DNA from: Candidatus Multivorans sp.
GTDB taxonomy: Bacteria > Acidobacteriota > Thermoanaerobaculia > Multivoradales > Multivoraceae
Direction of reading: 5' to 3'
Length of the DNA stretch: 64,000 nt
Assembly (NCBI GenBank): GCA_965208755.1
Contig: OZ242353.1
Coordinates: 1,427,772 to 1,491,771, forward strand
The notes under the pieces are model-generated. The model saw nothing but the letters and a program-made list of their open reading frames with translations, was not told where the DNA came from and did no database searches. This document shows positions 7,923 to 16,181 of this stretch, one piece after another; positions within the stretch are counted from its first letter, which is position 1; every line of letters starts with the position of its first letter. The translations under genes were made by a program, and so were the position numbers.

Positions 7923-10151
7923 CTACTCCTCCGGCCGGTAGGTGAGCCGCATCTCGGACAGGACGTTCTTGCCGCCGTCGGCGAGCAGTTCCTCACGGGC
8001 GAACCAGCTCGGCTTCATGGCGCCGACCGAGAACAGCTTCTCGGCCTGGTCGCGGTAGTGCGGCGAGTCCGGCCGGTCGCTCTGGCCGATCGGGGGCTGG
8101 GTGTAGCTGCGGATCGGGTTGCTGAGGATGACGACCTCGGTCGAGGTCTGGCCGCGGTTGCCCCAGCGGCGGCCGTCGGCGCGCGGCTGGCTGAATCCGA
8201 CGGAGCGCATGGTCGCCATTCCCGCTTCGCCGAGCGAGCCGCCGCCGACCGGCCAGGAGACTTCGTCGTTCGAGTCCTGGCGGCCGACCCTGAAGACGTC
8301 GCCAAAGACCGGACGCTGACCGCCCGGGCCTGACAGGTAGGCCTCCGCCGCGATGTCGACCGCCTCGACCAGCAACGGCAGGTCTTCGTCCCGCAGGCCG
8401 GGTGGTTCCGGCGCCTCGCGGAACAGCTCCAGGTAGTCGTTGACCCTCGATGTCATCTCGTTCATTCGTTCATCGCCGGCCAGGCCGCGCAGCGCCTCGC
8501 GCCACCGGAAGTGGGTGAGCGCGCCCCGGGAGTCGGGCTCGACGACGCCGTCCCACTGCAGGATCGGGCTCATCACGACCCCATGCTTCGGCGTGCGCCG
8601 GCCCGAAACCGCGGGCTGCGCACGTCTCAGCTCCTCGACCCAGCGCTCGAACTGGTAGACCGAACGGTTGAGCGCCAGTTCGACGATCTCTTCCTCGCTC
8701 CACTTGGCGCCGGCCTCCCGTTTCGCCTCGAGCAGCGCGACCGCGGCAGCGCCCCGTTGATGGGTGTAGAGCGCGGGCTGGTTGTAGAGATACGCGGGGT
8801 AGCGCTCCGGCACGAGCGGCGAATCGACCAGCATCGTGTCCGGGCCGATGTTGTTGTTCTGCATGTAGCCACGCTCGGGGTTGAGCAGGGACATCAGGTC
8901 GGACGCCGGGTGGATGCCCAGCCATTCGGTCTCGGAGGTCGATCCGTCGACGGGACGGCTCCAGTCATGGCCGTCCGGCCGGATCGGCACCCGGCCGGTC
9001 CGTTGGTAGTAGATGTTGCCGCCGGTGTCCGCGATCATCACGTTCTGCGGCATGATCTGGCGCACGTCCAGCGCCGCGGCCGCGCCCTCGTAGTCCTCCG
9101 CGACCATGAACCAGTACTTGGACTCGAGGTAGCCGATCTCGTCCTCGTAGGCGAGGGCCGCGGCGTAGGCGCGGTCGTCGTCGCGGGCGACGATCGGACC
9201 GTGGTGGGAGTACCAGAAGGTCGCCTCCCGCGGCTTCGCTTCGCCGGCGACCGAGACCTCGACCGTACGGCTCTCCAGTTGCCGCCACTCGCCGTCGTAG
9301 AGATAGCGGCTCGGGTCGTCCGGGTCGAGCGTCAACTCGTAAACGTCGGCCGTGTCCGGACCGCCGGTCGTGTGGGCCCACGCGACGTGCTCGTTGTGGC
9401 CCAGGTTGACGTACGGAAAGCCCGCCGTGGCGAAGCCGCTGATGTGGATGTCCCCGGCGTGGAGCCGCAGTTCCCAGTAGCGGTGGCGGCCGAGCCAGGA
9501 AAGGTGCGGGTCGATGATCAGAGCCGCCGCCCCGAACGTCGTCTGATCCGGCGCCAGCGCGATCTCGTTGGACGCCCGCAGGTCGACGTCGAAGTTCGGC
9601 TCGATGCCGACCGCCCGCAGGTCGGAGCGCGCCTGCCCCGCCGGCCAGCTCCAGATGAACTGGCGGCTGAAAGCGACCGGCATGTAGACGTCGACCGGGC
9701 GGTCGCCCCACCAGTCCGGCACCTCGTCGGGATGCGCTTCGAGGTAGTCGTTGATGCCCGCGATGAACGCCGCCAGGTGCCGGCGGAGCTCCGGGTTCAG
9801 CTTCGCCTCGTAGTGACGCTTCGCCGTGCCGTAGTGGTCCCACATCCGCGACTCGAGATCGGACCGCACCCAGGCGTCGTTGTTGCCGGGTCCGAAGGCG
9901 GCGGCGTACTCGCCGAGTCCGAAGAGGTAGTTCTCGAGCAGTTGCGACAGCCGGTCCTCCGCCATCGCCCAGCCGGAGGCGTAGAGACCGGCCTCGGCCG
10001 ACTCGGCGTAGATGTGGGGAACGCCCCAGGTGTCCCGGTAGACCGTCGCTTCCTCGCCGCCTCCGCCGGGCGGTCCGCAGGCCGCGACCAGCGCCAAGAG
10101 CGGCACGGTCAGAGTCGTCCCGAGCACCGGCCAGATGCCTCGCTTCTCCAC
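7923..10151 (-). CDS. Penicillin acylase family protein (Ntn-hydrolase; penicillin amidase or AHL acylase-like), lipoprotein
   Basis: 'ASNEIALAPDQT' (Ser nucleophile context as in 'SNMWVIG'); family-typical length (about 743 aa from GTG at 10151 preceded by AGGAGG); lipobox 'LLALVAAC'. The longer 956-aa ORF extension looks spurious. Confidence 0.7.
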   Translation of the reverse strand: MEKRGIWPVLGTTLTVPLLALVAACGPPGGGGEEATVYRDTWGVPHIYAESAEAGLYASGWAMAEDRLSQLLENYLFGLGEYAAAFGPGNNDAWVRSDLESRMWDHYGTAKRHYEAKLNPELRRHLAAFIAGINDYLEAHPDEVPDWWGDRPVDVYMPVAFSRQFIWSWPAGQARSDLRAVGIEPNFDVDLRASNEIALAPDQTTFGAAALIIDPHLSWLGRHRYWELRLHAGDIHISGFATAGFPYVNLGHNEHVAWAHTTGGPDTADVYELTLDPDDPSRYLYDGEWRQLESRTVEVSVAGEAKPREATFWYSHHGPIVARDDDRAYAAALAYEDEIGYLESKYWFMVAEDYEGAAAALDVRQIMPQNVMIADTGGNIYYQRTGRVPIRPDGHDWSRPVDGSTSETEWLGIHPASDLMSLLNPERGYMQNNNIGPDTMLVDSPLVPERYPAYLYNQPALYTHQRGAAAVALLEAKREAGAKWSEEEIVELALNRSVYQFERWVEELRRAQPAVSGRRTPKHGVVMSPILQWDGVVEPDSRGALTHFRWREALRGLAGDERMNEMTSRVNDYLELFREAPEPPGLRDEDLPLLVEAVDIAAEAYLSGPGGQRPVFGDVFRVGRQDSNDEVSWPVGGGSLGEAGMATMRSVGFSQPRADGRRWGNRGQTSTEVVILSNPIRSYTQPPIGQSDRPDSPHYRDQAEKLFSVGAMKPSWFAREELLADGGKNVLSEMRLTYRPEE

Positions 10152-10162
10152 GTCGATCCTCC

Positions 10163-10726
10163 TCAGTCCGCCGGCTTCTTCGCCGACTTCGGCCGGAACG
10201 CCTTGATCCGCGCCTCGTTCGTCGTCAGATACGGCCCCCCGATCAGGTCGACGCAGTACGGGATCGCTGGAAACACGGCGTCCAGGCACTCGCCGATCGC
10301 CTTCGGCTGCCCCGGCAGGTTGACGATCAGCGACGAGCCGCGGATCCCCGCCGTCTGCCGCGACAGGATCGCCGTCGGCACCGCCAGGAGCGACACCTGG
10401 CGCATCAGTTCGCCGAAACCCGGCATCTCCTTCTCGCACACGGCGAGGGTGGCCTCCGGCGTCACGTCGCGCCGCGCAGGGCCGGTGCCTCCGGTCGTGA
10501 CCACGAGACAACAGCCCTCGTCGTCGCACAGTTTGCTGAGCGCCGCCGCGATCTGCTCGACCTCGTCCTCGACCACCCGCGCGCAGGCTTCCCAGGGCGA
10601 GGTCAACACCTCCGCCAGGTAGTCGCGGATCGCGGGACCGCCACGATCCTCGTACACGCCCCGCGACGCGCGGTCCGAAACGGTCACGATGCCGATACGG
10701 GCCTCCAGACAGTCCGAAGCGCCCAT
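10163..10726 (-). CDS. Molybdenum cofactor biosynthesis protein MoaB/MogA (molybdopterin adenylyltransferase family)
   Basis: 'IGIVTVSDRAS', 'TTGGTGPARRDVTPEA' and 'LPGQPKA' are MogA/MoaB signatures; 187 aa. Confidence 0.7.
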   Translation of the reverse strand: MGASDCLEARIGIVTVSDRASRGVYEDRGGPAIRDYLAEVLTSPWEACARVVEDEVEQIAAALSKLCDDEGCCLVVTTGGTGPARRDVTPEATLAVCEKEMPGFGELMRQVSLLAVPTAILSRQTAGIRGSSLIVNLPGQPKAIGECLDAVFPAIPYCVDLIGGPYLTTNEARIKAFRPKSAKKPAD

Positions 10727-10761
10727 GGGTCAAAGACGGTCGGCAGCGTTGCGACTGGCGG

Positions 10762-11052
10762 TCAAGGGAAGGGGACGCCAAAGAGTCGCACAAGGATGGC
10801 GAACGTCATCGCCATGTTGATCCCCAGCACCCACTTGAGCGCGGCCACTTCGGACTTCAACGCACGAAGCTGACCCCCAACGACACCGATCTCGCCGATC
10901 AGGTCGGATCGCAGCACCGCGAGGTCCTTCTTCGTGGCGAAGCGGTCATCCGCCTGGTTGATCGCATCGATGATGACCTCAGCGTGGGCCGGCTTGATGC
11001 CAGCCCGCTCGAAGGCCCGATGGGTCGCGAGAGTGTCGATTCGACTAGTCAT
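10762..11052 (-). CDS. DUF1640-like small coiled-coil protein with C-terminal membrane anchor
   Basis: 96 aa; 'KKDLAVLRSDL..LRALKSEVAALKWVLGINMAMTFAILVRLFG' (coiled coil plus TM helix). Confidence 0.4.
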   Translation of the reverse strand: MTSRIDTLATHRAFERAGIKPAHAEVIIDAINQADDRFATKKDLAVLRSDLIGEIGVVGGQLRALKSEVAALKWVLGINMAMTFAILVRLFGVPFP

Positions 11053-11197
11053 TCGATTGCCCTTGTCTGATGGGAGCGCGAGGCTGCCCGGAGAGCCGCG
11101 GCAAGGGCTTCGCGAGACTACCAGCCTCAGCCGCCACGACCACCAGACCGTGCTGCCGTTGATACTGTCCCGACCCGTGCCAGGTCAGGATCAGGAC

Positions 11198-11785
11198 GTG
11201 CGACTGCACGAGCTGAGGGCGCTGCTCCAGGAGCGGAGCATCGCCAAGGGAGACTTCGTGCTGACCTCCGGTGCACGCTCGCACTACTACTGCGACACGA
11301 AGGCGACGGTGCTGTCGCCGCGGGGCTCGCGGCTGATCGGCGAAGCCCTCTGCGAGCAGTTGCGACCCTTCGAAGTCGACGCGGTCGGCGGGCCCGAAGT
11401 CGGCGGCGCCTATCTGGCGACCGCGGCATCGGTGGCGAGCGACCTGGACGGGCGGCCGCTCTTCGGGTTTCTCGTGCGGAACAAGGCGAAGGGCCACGGC
11501 ACGAGCGCCCGGATCGACGCCTCGTACCACCCGGACGGACGCAAGCTGATCGTCGCCGGCCGCCGGGTGGCCGTGGTTGACGATGTCGTCACGTCGGCCG
11601 GCTCGATCCTGCGCGCCATCGAGGCTGTGGAGGCCGAAGGCTGCGAAGTCGCCGCGGTGTCGGCGGTCGTCGACCGCCAGGAGGGTGGAGGCGAACGTCT
11701 GCGCAGGCGCGGCTACGACTTCCGGCCGCTGTTCGTGGCCGACAACGAGGGTGACCTGACGCTCTACTCGGGAGACGAACGATGA
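11198..11785 (+). CDS. pyrE: Orotate phosphoribosyltransferase
   Basis: 'GDFVLTSGARSHYYCD', 'VVDDVVTSAGS' (PRPP-binding). GTG start at 11198 (V89 of the listed ORF), downstream of the opposite-strand gene. Confidence 0.8.
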   Translation: MRLHELRALLQERSIAKGDFVLTSGARSHYYCDTKATVLSPRGSRLIGEALCEQLRPFEVDAVGGPEVGGAYLATAASVASDLDGRPLFGFLVRNKAKGHGTSARIDASYHPDGRKLIVAGRRVAVVDDVVTSAGSILRAIEAVEAEGCEVAAVSAVVDRQEGGGERLRRRGYDFRPLFVADNEGDLTLYSGDER

Positions 11786-14004
11786 GGCGGAAACGAGCGA
11801 CCCAGACCGGCCGGGGCCTGGTCGCCGCCGCGGCCACCGTCGCGCTCGCCGCGCTGACACTGACCGCCATCGCCACCGACCCGGCCCCGGCCCACGTCCG
11901 GATCACGACCGACATCAACTTCGCGGAGGACGTGCGTCCGATCCTCCGCCGCTACTGCATGCCCTGCCACAGCCCGAAGGGCTCGGCGCCGGACTACATC
12001 GACCTGACCACCTACGGCAACGACGCGAAGCCCGGCGCCCGCGCCTGGGCGGTGGCGATCGAAGAAGAACTGATGACGGGCCGCATGCCGCCGTGGACGG
12101 CGGACGCCCGCTACGACCACTTCCGGAACTCGCGGCGCATGAGCCAGCAGGAGATCGACATCGTCGTCGCCTGGGTCCAGGGCGGCGGGCCTCAGGGGCC
12201 CCGGCGCAACCTGCCGCCGCCGCTGGAGTTCACGGAGGAGGAGTGGGTGCTCGGCTACCCCGATCTGGTGCTCGAGCCCTCAACCGAGACGGTCGTCGAA
12301 CCGGGAAGGCAGACCGCCTCCCACCGCGAGGTGCTCGCCGTCGAACTCGAGGAGGACGCCTGGATCACCGGCTACGAGTTCCGTCCCCAGCACCCCGGCG
12401 TCGTCTACCGGATGGCGGCCTGGGTCCACGAGCCGGAGGACATCGAGCCGGAGCAGCTCGAGGTCGAGGTCCAGGTTCCCTACGACCCCTTCCGCGACGA
12501 GGACGAACCCGAGCCGACCCGGATGCGCACCGGCCGGCCCGGCCCGCACTTCCTCGGCCAGTGGCTGCGCGGCGACGACCCGGTGCTGCTCCCGGACGGC
12601 GCCGGCAAGCGGCTCCGGACCGGTTCGAAGGTCGAACTCGTCGTCGAGTACCGGCGGCGTCCGAACGACGACTCGCGGATCGAGGTGCGCGACCGTTCGA
12701 GCCTGGGCCTGTTCCTCAACCAGACCGAGGACGAGGTCGAGCTCTGGGTCGAGAGCGCCCGGGCCGGCGGCGAGGTCGCCCTGAAGGGTCGGCGCGCGGG
12801 CCGGCCGCAGACGGCCAGCCTCACGCTCTCCGAACGCGCCCGCCTGATCGGCCTGCATCCTCACGTCGGCGACCGGCTCGACAGCATGGAGGTTCGCGTC
12901 CACTTCCCCGATCAACGCGTGCAGACCGTGCTCTACGTCCCCGCGTACGACCCCGAGTTTCCGGCCAGCTACCTGTTCGAGGAGGCGATTCACGCACCGC
13001 CGGGCACGCGGATCGAGCTGATCGGGTCATTCGACGTCGGCAGGGCGAAGGAGACCATCGCCCAGCCCTTCGCGCTCCAGGTCGACTACGAGCTCGACGA
13101 CCACCTCGTCCTGCCGGAGATCTTCGTGCCGCGCGACGAGCCCCAGTCCCGCGGCGGCATGCTGGCCGCCGGCCTCGGCGGCGCCGACCTGCCGTCCGGC
13201 GGCGAAGGCGGAGGCGTACCGGGGAGCGCGCCCAACCCGGCCGACCCGAACGCCGCCGCGCACATGGATCACAACCCGCTCCACGGCGGCCAGTTCTTCA
13301 TGGCGGCGAACAACTACCACCACCTGGAGGGAGCGCTGCCGCGCGCCGGCGAGTTCCGCCTCTACATCTACGACGACTTCAAGCAGCCGGTCGACCCGCG
13401 GAACTTCGGCGGCGACGTCGTCTTCGAGGCCTGGAACGAGGAGACCGAAGACTGGGACGAGACCCGCTATCCGATGGCGCCGGAGATCGGCCGCGACTAC
13501 CTGATCTCGGAGATTCCCGAAGAACTTCCCAGCGAGTTCTTCGCCCACGTCTGGCTCGCCGGCGAACAGCAGCGCTACGACTTCTACTTCGAGGAGACGA
13601 CGGTGGAGCCGGTCGGCGGCGCTTCCCGCGGCGGCGGCGCCATTCGCGCCGGGCCGCACAGCCACGAGCGGCCGCCGATGACGATCCCCGAATACCCGGT
13701 CGCGATCACCGCGCTGATGGCGCTCAAGCGCGACCGCGTCCGGTCCCAGATCGAGAACGGCGAGTGGCTGACGCTCTACGTGCCCGCGTTCGACGCGCGG
13801 GACCTCGCTGAAGCGCTGCTCGAGCGGCTGGACGGCCTGAGCGCCCGGGAGCGGGGCCAGGCGCGGCAGGCGATCGGCCGGGTCATGCAGAGCGCGGCCG
13901 AACTCGACCGCAGCGGCGACCTGGCTGACCGCGCCCGGGCGCAGCGGGCGTTCGAGCGTTTCGACGGCGGCGTCCGGGAACTGGTCGATCTGATCGAGCC
14001 CTGA
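11782..14004 (+). CDS. Large secreted protein with N-terminal planctomycete-type c-type cytochrome (PSCyt-like) module
   Basis: Signal peptide 'LVAAAATVALAALTLTAIA'; 'FAEDVRPILRRYCMPCHSPKG' contains a CxxCH haem-binding motif in a PSCyt1-like context; 740 aa. Confidence 0.5.
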   Translation: MRRKRATQTGRGLVAAAATVALAALTLTAIATDPAPAHVRITTDINFAEDVRPILRRYCMPCHSPKGSAPDYIDLTTYGNDAKPGARAWAVAIEEELMTGRMPPWTADARYDHFRNSRRMSQQEIDIVVAWVQGGGPQGPRRNLPPPLEFTEEEWVLGYPDLVLEPSTETVVEPGRQTASHREVLAVELEEDAWITGYEFRPQHPGVVYRMAAWVHEPEDIEPEQLEVEVQVPYDPFRDEDEPEPTRMRTGRPGPHFLGQWLRGDDPVLLPDGAGKRLRTGSKVELVVEYRRRPNDDSRIEVRDRSSLGLFLNQTEDEVELWVESARAGGEVALKGRRAGRPQTASLTLSERARLIGLHPHVGDRLDSMEVRVHFPDQRVQTVLYVPAYDPEFPASYLFEEAIHAPPGTRIELIGSFDVGRAKETIAQPFALQVDYELDDHLVLPEIFVPRDEPQSRGGMLAAGLGGADLPSGGEGGGVPGSAPNPADPNAAAHMDHNPLHGGQFFMAANNYHHLEGALPRAGEFRLYIYDDFKQPVDPRNFGGDVVFEAWNEETEDWDETRYPMAPEIGRDYLISEIPEELPSEFFAHVWLAGEQQRYDFYFEETTVEPVGGASRGGGAIRAGPHSHERPPMTIPEYPVAITALMALKRDRVRSQIENGEWLTLYVPAFDARDLAEALLERLDGLSARERGQARQAIGRVMQSAAELDRSGDLADRARAQRAFERFDGGVRELVDLIEP

Positions 14005-14124
14005 CGGCCTGACCCCGGGAAGTAGCCAAACCTGCTAAGGTACGCGCTCCCTGCGCGCCGCGACGGCGGACGCGCCGGACAGCCCACGTCGGCATCGGTA
14101 TCAGCCCAGAGGAACACGGAAGAG

Positions 14125-14430
14125 ATGGCCACCAAGGCATCAGTCGCCAAGAACGACCGCCGCAAGAAGATCGTCGAGAGACACAAGGAGCGCCGCGACG
14201 AGTTGCGGGCGCTGGCGAAGGACGAGCGCCTGCCGCCCGACCAGCGCTTTGAGGCCCAGCGTCTGCTGAACAAGCTCCCCCGGGACTCCAGCCCGGCCCG
14301 CATCCGCAACCGCTGCGCCGTCAGCGGCCGGCCCCGCGGCTACTACCGGAAGTTCGGTCTCTCGCGGATCGCCCTGCGGGACCTCGCGCTGCGCGGCGAG
14401 CTCCCGGGCGTGATCAAGGCGAGCTGGTAG
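14125..14430 (+). CDS. rpsN: 30S ribosomal protein S14, long zinc-independent (C-minus) form
   Basis: 101 aa '[65 protein letters not shown]'; no CxxC pairs. Not embedded in a ribosomal-protein operon here. Confidence 0.85.
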   Translation: MATKASVAKNDRRKKIVERHKERRDELRALAKDERLPPDQRFEAQRLLNKLPRDSSPARIRNRCAVSGRPRGYYRKFGLSRIALRDLALRGELPGVIKASW

Positions 14431-14434
14431 GGCT

Positions 14435-15001
14435 TCAGCCGCCGAGCGCCGCGGACAGCTCAGCGAGCATCCGCCGCTCCTCGCGGGACACGCTGCCGAG
14501 GCCGAGGAAGCCGCCGGCGGCTTCAGCGACGGCCTGCGCCCTGCTCATGATGTCGTCACGCACCGCCGCGGCGTCCGCTTCGTCGAGCTCCGCGACCAGC
14601 GCGGCGGCATAGCCCTTCCAGGCCTCGAGCAGTTCCGCTCCAGGACGCCGCTCCAGCCAGGCGGAGAGCAGTTCGGCCGCGGTCGACCCACGGGTCACTC
14701 CTGCATCCCTCGCGGCCTGCATGATCGCGTCACGCTCCGCGGCGTCCATTGCGTGGTCCGACCACGCAACCTCGATCAACGGCACCAGACCCGCTGCCAC
14801 CAGCGCCTCGCCGTGCATGCCCGCATCGAGCAGGGCGCCGAGAACCTCACGGTGCGCGATGCCCGAAGCCGCGGCCAGCTCGTCGAGCTGCTCCTCACGC
14901 TCCTTCTTCGCGCGGAGGTCGTCGATCAGCTTCCTGTCCATGTTCCGGAAGAAGGCATCCTCCAGTGAATCGCCGCGTTCGCGGAGGGCGTCGGTGGTCA
15001 T
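14435..15001 (-). CDS. TerB-like (tellurite-resistance TerB / DjlA-N-like) two-repeat helical protein
   Basis: Two similar helical repeats: 'AAGLVPLIEVAWSDHAMDAAERDAIMQAARDAG' and 'AAALVAELDEADAAAVRDDIMSRAQAVAEAAG'. Confidence 0.4.
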   Translation of the reverse strand: MTTDALRERGDSLEDAFFRNMDRKLIDDLRAKKEREEQLDELAAASGIAHREVLGALLDAGMHGEALVAAGLVPLIEVAWSDHAMDAAERDAIMQAARDAGVTRGSTAAELLSAWLERRPGAELLEAWKGYAAALVAELDEADAAAVRDDIMSRAQAVAEAAGGFLGLGSVSREERRMLAELSAALGG

Positions 15002-15148
15002 CTGGCTCGCTTCCTGTGGGTCCTGGGGTGAGTCTCAGGGGCCGAGGGCGGCGGCATCGTAGCACCTGAATCGGGCGCCCGTAGTGCGCGCTGGTACGCT
15101 CCGTCCTCCCCTCATCGCCATCGTTCACAGCCCCAGGGAGACACGCCC

Positions 15149-16177
15149 ATGCTCCACCGTCCAGCGCTGGATCATCGACCGGTTCTGCTCGCCGTTCTTC
15201 TCCTCCTCTTCGCGGCCTCGGGCGCCATCGCCCAGCCCGTCACCGTGTGCATGCCCGCGTTCTTCATGGACGGGCTGGCGGACCTCGAGGACCAGCACGA
15301 GAACCTCCGCCTGATCGGCATCGACGACGACCTCGACCCCAACGTCTGCGACGGGCTGATCGCGGGCTATCGGGGAGTCGAGCAGTACCTGACGGCCGAC
15401 AGCAAGCTGCGCTGGATCCAGAGCAACTCCGCCGGGGTCGAGGGCTTCCTCGAGATCCCGGACCTGCGCGACAGCGACATCGTCCTGACCAACGCGAAGA
15501 TCATCCAGGGCCCGGAGATCGCCGACCACGCCTTCGCCCTGCTCCTGAACTTCACGCGCAACCTGAAGGCCTTCAACGCCCGGATGGCGGAGGGCTGGAA
15601 CACGGACCGCGAGCTGCCGATGATCGAGCTGCGGGGCAAGACGGCGCTGGTCATCGGCCTCGGCGGCATCGGCACCCAGATCGCGCAGCGGGCCGCGGCC
15701 TTCGGCATGACCGTGATCGGCGTCGATCCGAAGGACATCCCGATCCACCGCGACGTCGCCTACGTCGGCAAGCCGGACGAGCTCGACGACCTGCTGCCCC
15801 AGGCCGACGTCGTCTTCTCGTCCGTGCCGCACACGCCGGCCACGGAGGGCCTGATCGGCGCCCGCCAGTTCGAGTTGATGAAACAGGACGTGTACTTCAT
15901 CAACATCTCACGCGGGAAGATCGTCGACACGGACGCCCTGGTCGCGGCGCTCGAGAGTGGCAAGGTACGCGCCGCCGGCCTCGACGTCACCGATCCCGAA
16001 CCACTGCCGACCGGCCACCCGCTGTGGACCATGTCGAACGTGACGATCACGCCGCACCTGGCGACGATCTCCGACCGGCTCGAGGAGCGGCGAACGCGGC
16101 TCCTGCGCGACAACATCACCCGCTTCGCGACCGGCAGGCCGTTGCGCAACGTCGTCAACAAGCAGGTCGGCTACTAG
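15149..16177 (+). CDS. D-isomer-specific 2-hydroxyacid dehydrogenase family protein (NAD-binding)
   Basis: 'GKTALVIGLGGIGTQIAQRAAAFGMTVIGVD' Rossmann motif; 'RGKIVDTDALVAALESGKVRAAGLDVTDPEP'. The N-terminal 34 aa look like a signal peptide; an alternative ATG lies at 15251. Confidence 0.7.
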   Translation: MLHRPALDHRPVLLAVLLLLFAASGAIAQPVTVCMPAFFMDGLADLEDQHENLRLIGIDDDLDPNVCDGLIAGYRGVEQYLTADSKLRWIQSNSAGVEGFLEIPDLRDSDIVLTNAKIIQGPEIADHAFALLLNFTRNLKAFNARMAEGWNTDRELPMIELRGKTALVIGLGGIGTQIAQRAAAFGMTVIGVDPKDIPIHRDVAYVGKPDELDDLLPQADVVFSSVPHTPATEGLIGARQFELMKQDVYFINISRGKIVDTDALVAALESGKVRAAGLDVTDPEPLPTGHPLWTMSNVTITPHLATISDRLEERRTRLLRDNITRFATGRPLRNVVNKQVGY

Positions 16178-16181
16178 GAGG

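Noticed and set aside
8511-10622. 703-aa ORF on the plus strand
   Set aside because: Entirely antisense to the penicillin-acylase gene; Arg/Pro/Gly-rich translation typical of spurious high-GC antisense frames.
7923-10793. 956-aa N-terminally extended version of the acylase ORF
   Set aside because: The upstream 214 codons are low-complexity and overlap moaB. The family-consistent start is the GTG at 10151, which has an AGGAGG ribosome-binding site and a lipoprotein signal peptide.
11045-12120. Several minus-strand ORFs (271 aa, 109 aa, 118 aa) across pyrE and the PSCyt-protein gene
   Set aside because: Antisense to well-supported genes; no motifs.
14005-14124. Zur box upstream of the stand-alone rpsN
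   Set aside because: The region is GC-rich with no AT-rich palindrome resembling known Zur operators.
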